From an uncultured delta proteobacterium (GTDB lineage: Bacteria; Desulfobacterota; Binatia; UBA9968): DNA of 64,000 bases. The number at the start of each line of letters is the position of its first letter. Position 1 is the stretch's first letter. Both the position numbers and the translations under genes were made by a program. This document shows positions 1-9,985 of this stretch, piece after piece. Under the pieces are notes generated by a model. It had not been told where the DNA came from. It saw only the letters and a program-made list of their open reading frames with translations, and ran no database searches. The DNA is taken from assembly GCA_963840855.1 (NCBI GenBank), contig CAWJBB010000030.1, forward strand, positions 128,001 to 192,000. The letters are read 5' to 3'.

Positions 1-696
1 GAAAGAATCTCGGCGTTTCTCTCGGTGCGCGAATTTCAAGAGGACCGTTACGTGGTCTTCGCGACCAAAAAGGGTCTGATCAAAAAGACCGAGCTGATGC
101 AATACTCCAACCCTCGCGCCAACGGCAAGCGCGCCATCTCCCTGGAGGACAAAGACGAGGTGATCGGCGTCAGGCTGACCGATGGGCAACAGGAGATCAT
201 TCTTTCCACCGCTGACGGACAGAACATTCGCTTCAAGGAAGAGCAGGTCCGGCCAACGGGCCGGGGAGCCTACGGTGTGGTGGGCATGCGCCTGGACGAA
301 GGGGACTGCGTGGTCAGCATGGAAATATTGAGCCTGGGCGCTGATATTCTGACCGTGTCGGAAAACGGCTTCGGCAAACGCACGAAGGCCGATGAGTACC
401 GCATCACTTCGCGCGGCGGCAAGGGCATTATCACCATGAAGACCACCGACAAGACGGGCCGCGTGGTCGGAGTGCAGCAAGTCACCGAAGAGGATCAACT
501 CATGCTCGTCACCAACAAAGGCAAGATCATTCGGCTGCGCATCACGGACATTCGCGTCATCGGCCGCAATACCCAAGGGGTGCATTTGATCGATGTCGAA
601 GAGGGGGAGCGGGTGGTTTCGCTGGCGCGCCTGGCAGAAAAGGAAGAAGACGCCAACGGGGAGAACGGCGCAGCCGAGGAAGACGGGGAAGACTAG
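1..696 (+). CDS. gyrA: DNA gyrase subunit A, C-terminal beta-pinwheel (5' partial)
   Basis: Repeated pinwheel blades (GRGAYGVVGM, SRGGKGIITM, GRNTQGVHLI) and acidic tail; ORF open toward window start. Confidence 0.95.
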   Translation, partial: ERISAFLSVREFQEDRYVVFATKKGLIKKTELMQYSNPRANGKRAISLEDKDEVIGVRLTDGQQEIILSTADGQNIRFKEEQVRPTGRGAYGVVGMRLDEGDCVVSMEILSLGADILTVSENGFGKRTKADEYRITSRGGKGIITMKTTDKTGRVVGVQQVTEEDQLMLVTNKGKIIRLRITDIRVIGRNTQGVHLIDVEEGERVVSLARLAEKEEDANGENGAAEEDGED

Positions 697-790
697 GTCC
701 TGCCTTTCGCAATGAACACGGCGTGAGTGTTTGCACGCTCAAAGCGTATCCGCATGTGGTTAGTCCTGCCAGAGAAGGATCTTTTTCGCC

Positions 791-1804
791 ATGAGTGAGA
801 CCATCGGCGTTGTCGGCGCTGGGGGGTGGGGCATCGCATTGGCGAAACTGCTCGCTGATAAGGGTGAACAAGTGACCCTTTGGTGTCATGGCGGGGACAG
901 CTATCAAGAACTTCAACGCAAGCGAGAAAGTTCCGTATATCTTGGCGGCATCATTCTGCCGCCGGCGGTGAAGTTCACGCGGACGCTCGCGGAGGCCGTG
1001 GCGGAGAAATTTTTGATAATCTGCGCGGTCCCCTCCCACGCGATGCGCGAAGTGATGACGCCGGCAGCGCCTCATGTTGCCGCCCAGGCACGCATAATTT
1101 CCGCCGCCAAGGGGCTAGAGGAAGAGAGCCTCAAGACAATGGGCGAGGTTTTAAGCGACATATTTGGCGCGTCGCGCAAGTCCAGCCACGGGTTTTTATC
1201 GGGGCCGACGTTCGCTATTGAGGTCGCTCGCGGTCTACCCGCGGCGGTAACGGTTGCCGCCGATAACGAGGAGGTCGCCGCGGAAGTCCAGGAAACCCTG
1301 AGCACGCAGAACTTTCGCGTATATACTTCGCGCGACGTCGTCGGCGTGCAGATGGGCGGGGTGGTAAAAAACGTCATCGCCATTGCCGCCGGTATCAGCG
1401 ATGGATTGGGACTCGGTCACAACGCCCGCGCTGCCTTGATCACCCGGGGTTTGGCGGAAATGACGCGGCTCGCGGTTCGCATGGGCGCGGAGCCACTGAC
1501 ATTGGCGGGACTGCCTGGTCTCGGGGACCTGATTCTCACCTGCGCCGGTGATCTCAGCCGAAACCGCAAAGTGGGCCTCGACATCGCCAGCGGGCGAAGC
1601 CTGCGAGAAACTATAGCAGGAGCCAAAACGGTGGCAGAAGGCATCCGCAACACGAGGTCGGTTTATTTGCTTGCCCGGCGCCTCCACGTCGAGATGCCCA
1701 TTGTCGAGCAGATGTTTTGCGTTCTCTACGAGGGCAAGAAGGCGGCGACAGCCGTGCGCGACTTGCTGCACCGCTCGCTCAAGGCCGAAATCCCGCAAAA
1801 TTGA
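791..1804 (+). CDS. gpsA: NAD(P)H-dependent glycerol-3-phosphate dehydrogenase
   Basis: GAGGWG Rossmann motif, SGPTFA, KNVIAIAAG, GLGDLILTC..SRN. Confidence 0.95.
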   Translation: MSETIGVVGAGGWGIALAKLLADKGEQVTLWCHGGDSYQELQRKRESSVYLGGIILPPAVKFTRTLAEAVAEKFLIICAVPSHAMREVMTPAAPHVAAQARIISAAKGLEEESLKTMGEVLSDIFGASRKSSHGFLSGPTFAIEVARGLPAAVTVAADNEEVAAEVQETLSTQNFRVYTSRDVVGVQMGGVVKNVIAIAAGISDGLGLGHNARAALITRGLAEMTRLAVRMGAEPLTLAGLPGLGDLILTCAGDLSRNRKVGLDIASGRSLRETIAGAKTVAEGIRNTRSVYLLARRLHVEMPIVEQMFCVLYEGKKAATAVRDLLHRSLKAEIPQN

Positions 1805-1872
1805 CATTGCGTGGGCACTATGATTGAAATAAATTCCGGGCGATTGCCTCTACCCATGGGAGCTATGTTGCG

Positions 1873-2034
1873 ATGAAACGAACCTATCAACCAAGCAATA
1901 TTCGAAGAAAAAGAACCCACGGTTTCCTTACCCGAATGGCGACGCCCGGGGGCCGTAAAGTCTTGAAGCGGCGCCGGGCAAAGGGGCGGAAGAGGCTGAC
2001 GGTTTCGGTGCCACCGAAGCGGGCGCGCCGCTGA
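1873..2034 (+). CDS. rpmH: 50S ribosomal protein L34 (53 aa; below the ORF-track cutoff)
   Basis: Manual translation [42 protein letters not shown]...; directly upstream of rnpA. Confidence 0.97.
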   Translation: MKRTYQPSNIRRKRTHGFLTRMATPGGRKVLKRRRAKGRKRLTVSVPPKRARR

Positions 2035-2044
2035 GAGCCGGCGC

Positions 2045-2407
2045 ATGTCGCCCGAGGGTAGGGAGAAATTTCCCAAATCGGCCCGCCTGAGAAAACGCCC
2101 TGAATTCCTGAAGCTTTCACGAAGCGGCAGGAAAATTCACTCCGCCCATTTCGTTACCGTCAGCGGAAAAAATGACCGTGGGGAGACCAGGCTAGGTATC
2201 ACCGTCAGTGGCAAGGTGGGCAACGCGGTGGCGCGGAACCGCATCAAGCGTTCCCTGCGCGAGTTTTTCCGCCGCCGCCGCCACGAGTTAGGCACAGGGT
2301 TAGATTTTCTCGTGATTGCCCGGGGCAGTGCGTCGAAGATTTCATGCCGCGAGATCGCCGAGGAAATGAGCCAGAGCTTGATCGATTGTCGGGGCCAGCG
2401 GAAATAG
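2045..2407 (+). CDS. rnpA: Ribonuclease P protein component
   Basis: RLGITVSGKVGNAVARNRIKR (RNR motif); synteny. Confidence 0.95.
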   Translation: MSPEGREKFPKSARLRKRPEFLKLSRSGRKIHSAHFVTVSGKNDRGETRLGITVSGKVGNAVARNRIKRSLREFFRRRRHELGTGLDFLVIARGSASKISCREIAEEMSQSLIDCRGQRK

Positions 2408-2424
2408 TGGCTTCTTTTTTGCGC

Positions 2425-2628
2425 ATGATTTTTATTTTTTTGCTCCGGGTGTATCACCAGATCGTCTCGCCGCTCTTGCCATCAGCTTGCCGGTTTCACC
2501 CGAGCTGTTCAATTTACTTTTCAGATGCCATTCGAAAATATGGAATTCTAAGGGGCGGGTGGCTTGGACTTGGCCGGCTGGCGCGCTGCCGTCCGGCGCA
2601 TCCGGGCGGTTACGATCCTGTCAGATAG
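2425..2628 (+). CDS. yidD: Membrane protein insertion efficiency factor YidD
   Basis: SPLL..ACRFHPSCS.Y...RC.P.HPGGYDPV; start at ATG 2425 (or GTG 2407). Confidence 0.9.
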   Translation: MIFIFLLRVYHQIVSPLLPSACRFHPSCSIYFSDAIRKYGILRGGWLGLGRLARCRPAHPGGYDPVR

Positions 2629-2637
2629 CTGTTACCA

Positions 2638-4267
2638 ATGGAAAAACGCGCGTTCATTGCGATTTTACTTTCACTGCTGATCCTCGTCGCCTGGCAAGAG
2701 TGGATGTCGCGATTTTATCCCGCGCCGCCGGAGCCGCAGGCGCCAGCGCAAAAGGAAGCGCCGAAGAGCCCGCCGGCCACGCCGCCTGCAGCTGAACTCC
2801 CGCCGGCGTCCGCGCCAAGCGTGCCTGCACCGGTGCGCGCCGCTCAATCCGCCAAGGAGTTAACGGTTGACACCGATGATTACGTAGCGGTCTTTACGAC
2901 CCAGGGAGCGCGGCTCAAGAGCTTCAAATTCAAGCACTATCGGACCTCCGCGGACGACCAGAGCCCGCCCTATGAATTGATCACTGCCGCGCCTGGCGTG
3001 CCGTTTCCACTGGGTATGAGTTGGCCGGCGCCGGCGCCGTTTGATGACGGCACTCTGCTCTACGGCGTCTCAGGCAGTGACATGAAACTTACTGGTGCAG
3101 CTAAGGGAACGCTGTCATTCGAAGGGCGGGGGCCGGACGGTTCCAGCGCGGCAAAGTCGTTCACTTTCTCCGGTTCCGGCTACCAGATCCAGTTGGAAGC
3201 GTCGGTAAGATCGCCGGCGGGCGCCGCGCTCACCCCGGAGATTCTGCTCACGGAAAAGAGCGATCACAACGTGCCCAATCCCGACGCGCCGTTCGAAGGT
3301 TTGATCGCTTTAGTGGACAACAAGATCAAGCGCGAATACGCAGTGGAACCGAACAAGAGCGTGGAGTTCAGCGGCGACGATAGCCTGGGCGGGGTTCGGC
3401 CACACTTATTTCTTTTTCGCGGCATTGCCGGACAGCAGCCCGCAGCATAAACTCTCGCTGACTAATGCCGGGCCCGCGCTCGTCGCCAGCCTCCGCGCGA
3501 TTTCTGGCAACGGGCCTCAGCGTTATACGCTTTTTGCCGGTCCCAAGGAGATTTCCATCCTTGAGGCCGTGGGCAGAGGCATTGAAAAATCCATCGACTT
3601 CGGTTACTTCGCGTTAATCTCGAAGCCGCTGCTCTATTTGCTGCATTTCTCCCATCGCTTCACCGGCAGCTATGGCATCGACATCATTTTGCTGACGATC
3701 CTTATCAAGATCCTCATGGCGCCGCTGACGCACAAGAGCTTCGTATCGATGAAGCAGATGCAAAAGCTGGCGCCGCAGATGGAGCGACTCAAGGAGCGGC
3801 ACAAAGACGACAAAGAGAAACTCAACAAGGAGATCATGGAACTCTACCGCCGCAACGGCGTCAATCCGCTGGGTGGATGTCTGCCCATGGCGTTGCAATT
3901 TCCCGTTTTTATCGGGCTCTATAATGCCCTCAGCACGCCTATCGAATTGCGCCATGCGCCGTTTATGTGGATCAAAGACCTCTCGCAGCCCGATTGGAAG
4001 TCGCTGCCCTTTACAGTCCCCGGCTGGTGGCCGTCTGTCTTGCCTGCGGGTATTCCGGTGCTGACGATTCTGATGGGCGCCAGCATGTTTATCCAGCAAT
4101 GGATGACGCCCAGCGCCGGCGATCCGAACCAGAGAAGAATGATGCTGATGATGCCGTTGATTTTTACCTTCATGTTCGTAACGTTTCCCGCCGGCTTAAC
4201 CATCTACTGGCTGGTCAACAATATTCTCTCCATCGCCCAGCAGTACTGGATCAACCGGCAAAGCTAG
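2638..4267 (+). CDS. yidC: Membrane protein insertase YidC, split by a frameshift near 3380-3440 (likely sequencing indel)
   Basis: ORF 2638-3450 gives N-terminal TM and periplasmic domain; ORF 3425-4267 has GVNPLGGCLP, IELRHAPF, PAGLTIYW. Confidence 0.9.
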
Positions 4268-4289
4268 GCTCGGGAGAAAGGTTGGATTT

Positions 4290-5057
4290 ATGGACTTCGT
4301 GGAGACTGACGGCGAGACCATTGACGACGCTATTAGCAACGCTCTCAAGACTCTCGGGGTGGAGCGGGACAACGTGACAGTGGACATATTGTCCGAGGGG
4401 CGCAAGGGTATCTTTGGCTTCGGCGCCCAAAAGGCGCGGATTCGCGCCACCCTCAGAAGACCTGCGGTTGCCCAGGGGGCGAGCGATGAAAGATCAGAAA
4501 CCAGCCCGCCGCCCGCCACCGCCGCGGAAGTCGCGGCCACCGCGGAGAAGGCGAAAGCGGCGTTGGCGGAAATCCTCAAATTGATGGGCGTTGCAGCGAC
4601 GGTTGAAATCAAGGCCGGTGCAACGGGTGATGAGATCGTTCTCGATGTGCGCGCTGAAAATAACGCGCTCCTGATCGGCCGCAAAGGCCAAACCTTGGAA
4701 GCGCTGGAATATCTCGTCATACGCATCGCTGGCGAGCGACCGGGGGGTGAGGGACCCCATATCGTCGTCGACGTTGAGAATTATCGGGAGCGTCGGCGCC
4801 GAACCTTAGAAGACATGGCGCTCCGATTGGGCGAAAAGGCCAAGCGGCAGCGTAAGACCGTGACGGTGGACGCGCTGAGCGCGGCCGACCGCCGGATCAT
4901 TCATTCCGCGCTTCAAGATGATCCCTGGGTGACGACCAGGAGCCTCGGCCAGGGTTCCTATCGCCGGTTGCTGATCATTCCCGAGGGTGATCGCAAGAAT
5001 AGAAATGAGCCCAAGCCAGCCGGCGCGGAAAAGGTGGCGGCAAAGCAGGGAAAATGA
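4290..5057 (+). CDS. jag: Jag/EloR/KhpB RNA-binding protein (Jag_N-KH-R3H)
   Basis: LIGRKGQTLEALEY KH motif, DRRIIH R3H motif; follows yidC. Confidence 0.92.
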   Translation: MDFVETDGETIDDAISNALKTLGVERDNVTVDILSEGRKGIFGFGAQKARIRATLRRPAVAQGASDERSETSPPPATAAEVAATAEKAKAALAEILKLMGVAATVEIKAGATGDEIVLDVRAENNALLIGRKGQTLEALEYLVIRIAGERPGGEGPHIVVDVENYRERRRRTLEDMALRLGEKAKRQRKTVTVDALSAADRRIIHSALQDDPWVTTRSLGQGSYRRLLIIPEGDRKNRNEPKPAGAEKVAAKQGK

Positions 5058-5171
5058 GTTCAAGGTTCAACGTTCAAAGTTCAGGGTTCAAAGATTCGGA
5101 AATACGAGCTTCAGGTTCAAGATCCCACTCTGAGTCCGAAACCTTGAGCCTTGAACATTGAACCCTTGAAC
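5058..5171. repeat. Intergenic hairpin with tandem GTTCAA(A/G)-type heptamer arms
   Basis: gttcaaggttcaacgttcaaagttcagggttcaa ... ccttgagccttgaacattgaacccttgaac (inverted arms). Confidence 0.7.
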
Positions 5172-5193
5172 CGTGGCCGCTTCGGCCATCAGA

Positions 5194-5222
5194 TTGACCA
5201 TATCCCGCCGCTTCTTTATAGT
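5194..5222 (+). promoter_or_regulatory. Sigma70-type promoter of ispG (probably leaderless)
   Basis: TTGACC-N17-TATAGT, 6 nt before ATG 5229; no Shine-Dalgarno. Confidence 0.6.
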
Positions 5223-5228
5223 GCCTTC

Positions 5229-6326
5229 ATGATACAACGACGCAAAACCAGACAGATCCAGCTGGGCAAGATCAAAGTGGGCGGCGACGCGCCGGTCACC
5301 GTCCAGTCGATGACCAAAACCGATACCCGCGATGTCCGCGCCACCGTGCAGCAGATATGGGACTTGGAAGCCGCGGGTTGTGAGATCGTGCGCTGCGCGG
5401 TGCCGGTGCGCGAGGCAGCGGAACAGCTCGGCGCGATCAAGAAAAAAATTCGCATTCCGCTGGTAGCGGACATTCACTTCAACTATAAACTGGCGCTCAT
5501 CGCCGTCGAACAAGGGGTCGACGGACTCAGGCTCAATCCCGGCAACATCGGCGCCCGGAAATACGTCGAAGAAGTTGTCAGGGCCGCCTCGGAACGGAAA
5601 ATTCCTATTCGCATCGGCGTCAACGCAGGATCGCTAGAAAAAGACCTGCTGCAAAAATATGATGGGCCGACGGCGGAAGGAATGGTTGAGAGTGGTCTGC
5701 GCCACATTCACATCCTGGAAGACGTGGGCTACAACGAAATCAAGATCTCGCTGAAAGCTTCCGACCCGTTGATGATGATCGAGGCCTACCGCATGCTCGC
5801 GGGCAAGGTCGATTATCCTTTTCATCTGGGTGTCACAGAGGCGGGCACTCCGACGGTGGGGACAATTAAGTCCGCAGTGGGATTGGGAACACTACTCGCC
5901 GACGGCATCGGCGATACCATTCGCGTTTCTCTCGCCGCCGACCCGGTCGAAGAAGTGCGCGTGGGCATCGAGATTCTCAAAGCGCTTAGAATTAGAAAAG
6001 AAGGCATGACGTTTGTCGCCTGTCCCTCCTGTGGCCGCGCTGACGTCGATCTCGTCGGTCTCGCCAAAGCCGTGGAAGAGCGCATGTTGCCCTACAGCAA
6101 CTTGAATATCCACGTCGCGGTCATGGGTTGCGAAGTGAACGGTCCTGGCGAAGCGCGCGCCGCCGATCTCGGGGTCGCCGGCGGCAAAGGCATCGGTCTT
6201 ATATTCAAAAGGGGTGAGGTAATTCGCAAGGTGCCGGAAACTCAGATTGTCGACGCGCTCATGGAAGAAGTCGAAAAGTTCGCCGCTGAAAAACAGGCGG
6301 AACAGGCATCGGCCGTCGAAGCCTGA
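5229..6326 (+). CDS. ispG: HMBPP synthase (GcpE)
   Basis: QSMTKT, ADIHF, RLNPGNIG, RIGVNAGSL, CPSCGR, VMGCEVNGPGEA. Confidence 0.97.
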   Translation: MIQRRKTRQIQLGKIKVGGDAPVTVQSMTKTDTRDVRATVQQIWDLEAAGCEIVRCAVPVREAAEQLGAIKKKIRIPLVADIHFNYKLALIAVEQGVDGLRLNPGNIGARKYVEEVVRAASERKIPIRIGVNAGSLEKDLLQKYDGPTAEGMVESGLRHIHILEDVGYNEIKISLKASDPLMMIEAYRMLAGKVDYPFHLGVTEAGTPTVGTIKSAVGLGTLLADGIGDTIRVSLAADPVEEVRVGIEILKALRIRKEGMTFVACPSCGRADVDLVGLAKAVEERMLPYSNLNIHVAVMGCEVNGPGEARAADLGVAGGKGIGLIFKRGEVIRKVPETQIVDALMEEVEKFAAEKQAEQASAVEA

Positions 6327-6368
6327 GCCATTTCTTTCCCGACAGCAGTTCGATTCCACAACAAAGCC

Positions 6369-8096
6369 ATGCGTTGGAGCAAGACGCTTATACCGACACT
6401 GAAGGAAGATCCGGCGGACGCCGAGGTCGTCAGCCACAAACTGCTCGTGCGCGCCGGTTTCATTCGCCAGATCAGCCGGGGCATTTACGATTATTTTCCC
6501 CTCGCTTTGAAAGTGATTCGCAAGATCGAACAGATTGTGCGCGAGGAAATGAACCGCGCCGGAGCGCAGGAATTACTCATGCCGATCTGTTCTCCCGCTG
6601 AGTTGTGGCAGGAAAGCGGCCGCTGGGAAATGTACGGCAAGGAACTGCTGCGTTTTAAGGACCGGCATGAAAGGGATTTCTGTCTCGGCCCGACCCACGA
6701 GGAAATTATCACCGATATCGTGCGTCGAATCGTGCGTTCCTACCGCGAACTGCCCTTTAATCTGTATCAGATTCAAACCAAGTTCCGCGATGAAGTGCGC
6801 CCGCGCTTCGGCTTGATGCGTTGCCGCGAATTCATCATGAAGGACGCCTACAGTTTTCACGCGGACATCGAAGATTGCCGGCGCGAATACGAAAATATGT
6901 TTCAGACCTACAAGCGGATCTTTTCCCGCTTCGGTCTGCGATTCCGCCCCGTGGAAGCCGACACCGGCGCCATCGGCGGCAGCCAATCCCACGAATTCCA
7001 AGTGCTGGCGGAGTCGGGCGAAGACGCCATTGTGAGCTGCGATAAGTGCGAGTACGCCGCCAACGTCGAGAAGGCCGAAATCAGACACCGGCTGCCGGCA
7101 GGCCGTAACTTGTCCGCGGAATCGCCCAAATTGGCGAAGGTCGCGACTCCCGGCAAGAAGAGCGTCACCGAGGTGGCGGAGTTTCTAAAGCTCCCGGCGC
7201 ATAGGTTCATCAAGACTCTCGTTTATAAAACCGACGCGAATGAACTCGTGGCCGTGCTTGTGCGCGGCGACCATGAGGTCAATGAAACCAAACTAAGAGC
7301 CGCATTGGGCTGCAGCGAAGTTGCGCTGGCCGATGATGCCGCGGTGCGCGCTGCGACGCAAACAGCGCCGGGGTTTCTTGGACCCATCGGCATGAAACTT
7401 CGAGTTGTCGCGGATCGGGCGATCCAGGGGATTCAAGGCGCGGCCAGCGGGGCGAACGAGGCCGACGCCCATTATATTCAAGTCGACCAGAAGCGCGATT
7501 TTACGCCGTCCGCCTTTGCCGATCTGCGGCTGGCCAGGGGCGGCGATCCCTGTCCACGATGCGAGAGCGGCACGCTGGAAACCCATCGCGGCATCGAAGT
7601 GGGACAGGTTTTTTATCTAGGCAAGAAGTACAGCGAGGCCATGGGTGCGACCTATCTCGACGCCGAGGGGCGGGAACAGTCCATTGAGATGGGCTGTTAC
7701 GGCATCGGCATCAGCCGGTTGGTGGCTGCCGCCATCGAGCAGAACCACGACGCCAACGGCATCATATGGCCTTTTTCCATTGCTCCGTTTCATGTTTTGC
7801 TGCTGCCGATCAACTACAAAGACAAGACGCTCCAGGAGGTTTGCGACCGACTGTATCAGGAACTGCAGAACGGCGGCGTCGAGGTACTTTTGGATGACCG
7901 CGACGAAAGGCCTGGAGTCAAGTTCAAGGATGCCGACCTCATCGGCATCCCGCTGCGCGTTACAGTGGGCGCGAAAGGACTCGAAAGAGGGTGCGTGGAG
8001 CTGCGCTGGCGGCGCGACGGCAAGAGCGAAGATTTACCCGTCGGCGAGGCGGCACAGCGGATTCGGAAACTCATCGCCGAAGCGTTGGGAGCATGA
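6369..8096 (+). CDS. proS: Proline--tRNA ligase with editing insertion
   Basis: GPTHEE, FRDEVRPRFGLMR, MGCYGIG, DADLIGIP. Confidence 0.97.
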   Translation: MRWSKTLIPTLKEDPADAEVVSHKLLVRAGFIRQISRGIYDYFPLALKVIRKIEQIVREEMNRAGAQELLMPICSPAELWQESGRWEMYGKELLRFKDRHERDFCLGPTHEEIITDIVRRIVRSYRELPFNLYQIQTKFRDEVRPRFGLMRCREFIMKDAYSFHADIEDCRREYENMFQTYKRIFSRFGLRFRPVEADTGAIGGSQSHEFQVLAESGEDAIVSCDKCEYAANVEKAEIRHRLPAGRNLSAESPKLAKVATPGKKSVTEVAEFLKLPAHRFIKTLVYKTDANELVAVLVRGDHEVNETKLRAALGCSEVALADDAAVRAATQTAPGFLGPIGMKLRVVADRAIQGIQGAASGANEADAHYIQVDQKRDFTPSAFADLRLARGGDPCPRCESGTLETHRGIEVGQVFYLGKKYSEAMGATYLDAEGREQSIEMGCYGIGISRLVAAAIEQNHDANGIIWPFSIAPFHVLLLPINYKDKTLQEVCDRLYQELQNGGVEVLLDDRDERPGVKFKDADLIGIPLRVTVGAKGLERGCVELRWRRDGKSEDLPVGEAAQRIRKLIAEALGA

Positions 8097-8099
8097 AGT

Positions 8100-9101
8100 A
8101 TGGCGTCCAACCTTGAGTTGGTGCGCGCGCGGGGGTCGATGCGCGAGCGGCTGATTGCGGCGCTCGACATCGACGGCCTCGATCAGGCGCAGGAGCTGGT
8201 CCGGTTGCTTGCCGGAGACGTGGGCATGTTCAAGATCGGCAAGCAGCTGTTTACCCATGCCGGCCCGCAAGCCGTCCGGTTGATTCAAGAACTGGGCGGT
8301 GAAATTTTTCTCGACCTCAAGTTCCACGATATTCCCAACACCGTCGCCAAAGCGGCCATCGAAGCAACGCGCATGGGCGTCAAGATGTTTAACGTGCATG
8401 CATCCGGAAGCTTGGAAATGATGCGCTTGACGGTCAAGGAAGTGGAACGGGTTTGCCGCCAGGAAAAACGCCGCAAACCTATCATGCTGGCTGTGACGGT
8501 GCTGACGAGCTTGAACCAGGATGACCTCAAACGCGTCGGCGTCGATGGCAAAGTCGCGGACCAGGTGGTCCGTTTGGCGCTCCTGACCAAAGAGGCCGGC
8601 ATGGACGGCGTAGTGGCCTCGCCCCAGGAAGTCGGGGACATTCGCGACGCGTGCGGGCGCCACTTCGTCATCGTCACTCCCGGCATCCGGCCCGCCGATT
8701 CAAAGCGCAACGACCAGCAGCGCGTGATGACGCCCGGGGACGCCGTGCGCGCCGGAGTCGATTATATCGTCGTTGGCCGCCCCATTCTCGAAGCCGAGGA
8801 TCGCGTCGCCGCGGCGCGCGGTATCGTCGCTGAAATGGAACAAGCGCAGAAAATAGATTTTCGCGCCGCCATACAACTGACAGCAACGGAACAAGGATTC
8901 TCGCCGCGCCAACGCGCAGCCGTCTACGAGATCAATTCAATTGGCGGGGCGCGCCGCTACAACTCAGCGCTTTACGCGCCAAAGGGCGTGGAAATGATGG
9001 ACCGGGCCATGGCCGGAGCCGACAGCGAAAGCGTTGGCGATGGCGCGGGTGATGTACTTTTTTGCGTAGGACAACGGCGGGTTCGACTTTATCCCCTCTA
9101 G
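8100..9101 (+). CDS. pyrF: Orotidine-5'-phosphate decarboxylase (homology ends ~8845; the tail overlaps thiD and may be an indel artefact)
   Basis: DLKFHDIPNT, VTPGIRP, DYIVVGRPI. Confidence 0.9.
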   Translation: MASNLELVRARGSMRERLIAALDIDGLDQAQELVRLLAGDVGMFKIGKQLFTHAGPQAVRLIQELGGEIFLDLKFHDIPNTVAKAAIEATRMGVKMFNVHASGSLEMMRLTVKEVERVCRQEKRRKPIMLAVTVLTSLNQDDLKRVGVDGKVADQVVRLALLTKEAGMDGVVASPQEVGDIRDACGRHFVIVTPGIRPADSKRNDQQRVMTPGDAVRAGVDYIVVGRPILEAEDRVAAARGIVAEMEQAQKIDFRAAIQLTATEQGFSPRQRAAVYEINSIGGARRYNSALYAPKGVEMMDRAMAGADSESVGDGAGDVLFCVGQRRVRLYPL

Positions 9102-9770
9102 CCAGATAAGCGGCGATAGCAGCCGAAAACGTGCAGCCCGTGCCGTGCGTGTTTTTGGTGCGGATGCGCGGCGCGTGGAGCGGAGTGAATTTCTTGCCGT
9201 CGTAAAACAGATCAATGGCGGGACCGCTTCGGTGACCGCCCTTAATGACTACGGATCGCGCTCCCATGCGCGACGATCCGCCTTGCCGATTCTTCAATGT
9301 CTTCGGCATCGCGCAGCGCCATGCCCGTGAGCTGTTCGGCCTCTGGAATATTGGGGGTGACCACGGTAGCGAGTGGAATCAGCCGCGAGCGCAGAGCCGC
9401 CACGGCGTTTTTCTTAATTAATAAATCGCCAGACGTTGCCACCATCACAGGATCGACGACCAGGTTCCTGAGACGATGCTCCTGAATCTTCTGCGCCACG
9501 ATTTCGATGATCGCAGCATTGGCGAGCATGCCGGTCTTGAGCGCGTGGGCGCCAATATCCGTAATCACCGCGTCGATTTGCGCCGCAACCATTTTAGGGC
9601 TCAATGCGCAGGATCGCGGTCACCCCAACCGTATTCTGTGCGGTGATCGCGGTGAGCGCCGAGGTGCCGTAGACACCCAGCGCGGCAAAGGTCTTTAAGT
9701 CCGCCTGAATACCCGCGCCTGCGCCGGAGTCGGAACCGGCGATGGTAAGAGCCTTACCTATCGGTTTCAT
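8964..9770 (-). CDS. thiD: Hydroxymethylpyrimidine/phosphomethylpyrimidine kinase, split by ~3 frameshifts
   Basis: [19 protein letters not shown] / KTGML / VVDPVMVA / TPNIPEA / KGGH / [12 protein letters not shown] / GSGHGPV across four ORFs. Confidence 0.9.
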
Positions 9771-9985
9771 CGAAAGCAATCGTAGCAAAGCTCGTTTCCG
9801 CTTGCGAGTGAGTCTCCTTGAAAACCGCCCCGAGGTTGGGCTAAAGAACAAAGCGATGGGCTCTACATTCGAGAATACCGGGGAATTTCTCGTTTGCATT
9901 AAGCGCGATTCGTATCGGCACCAAAGATAGATAGGCAAAGTAAACGGGCGATCTACATCCATTGAACCGAGAGGAGAAGCAATAG

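Noticed and set aside
3380-3450. Programmed frameshift or split yidC
   Set aside because: Many nearby indels make sequencing error more parsimonious
8845-9101. PyrF C-terminal extension as a novel domain
   Set aside because: Partly antisense to thiD and lacks motifs; probably a lost stop codon
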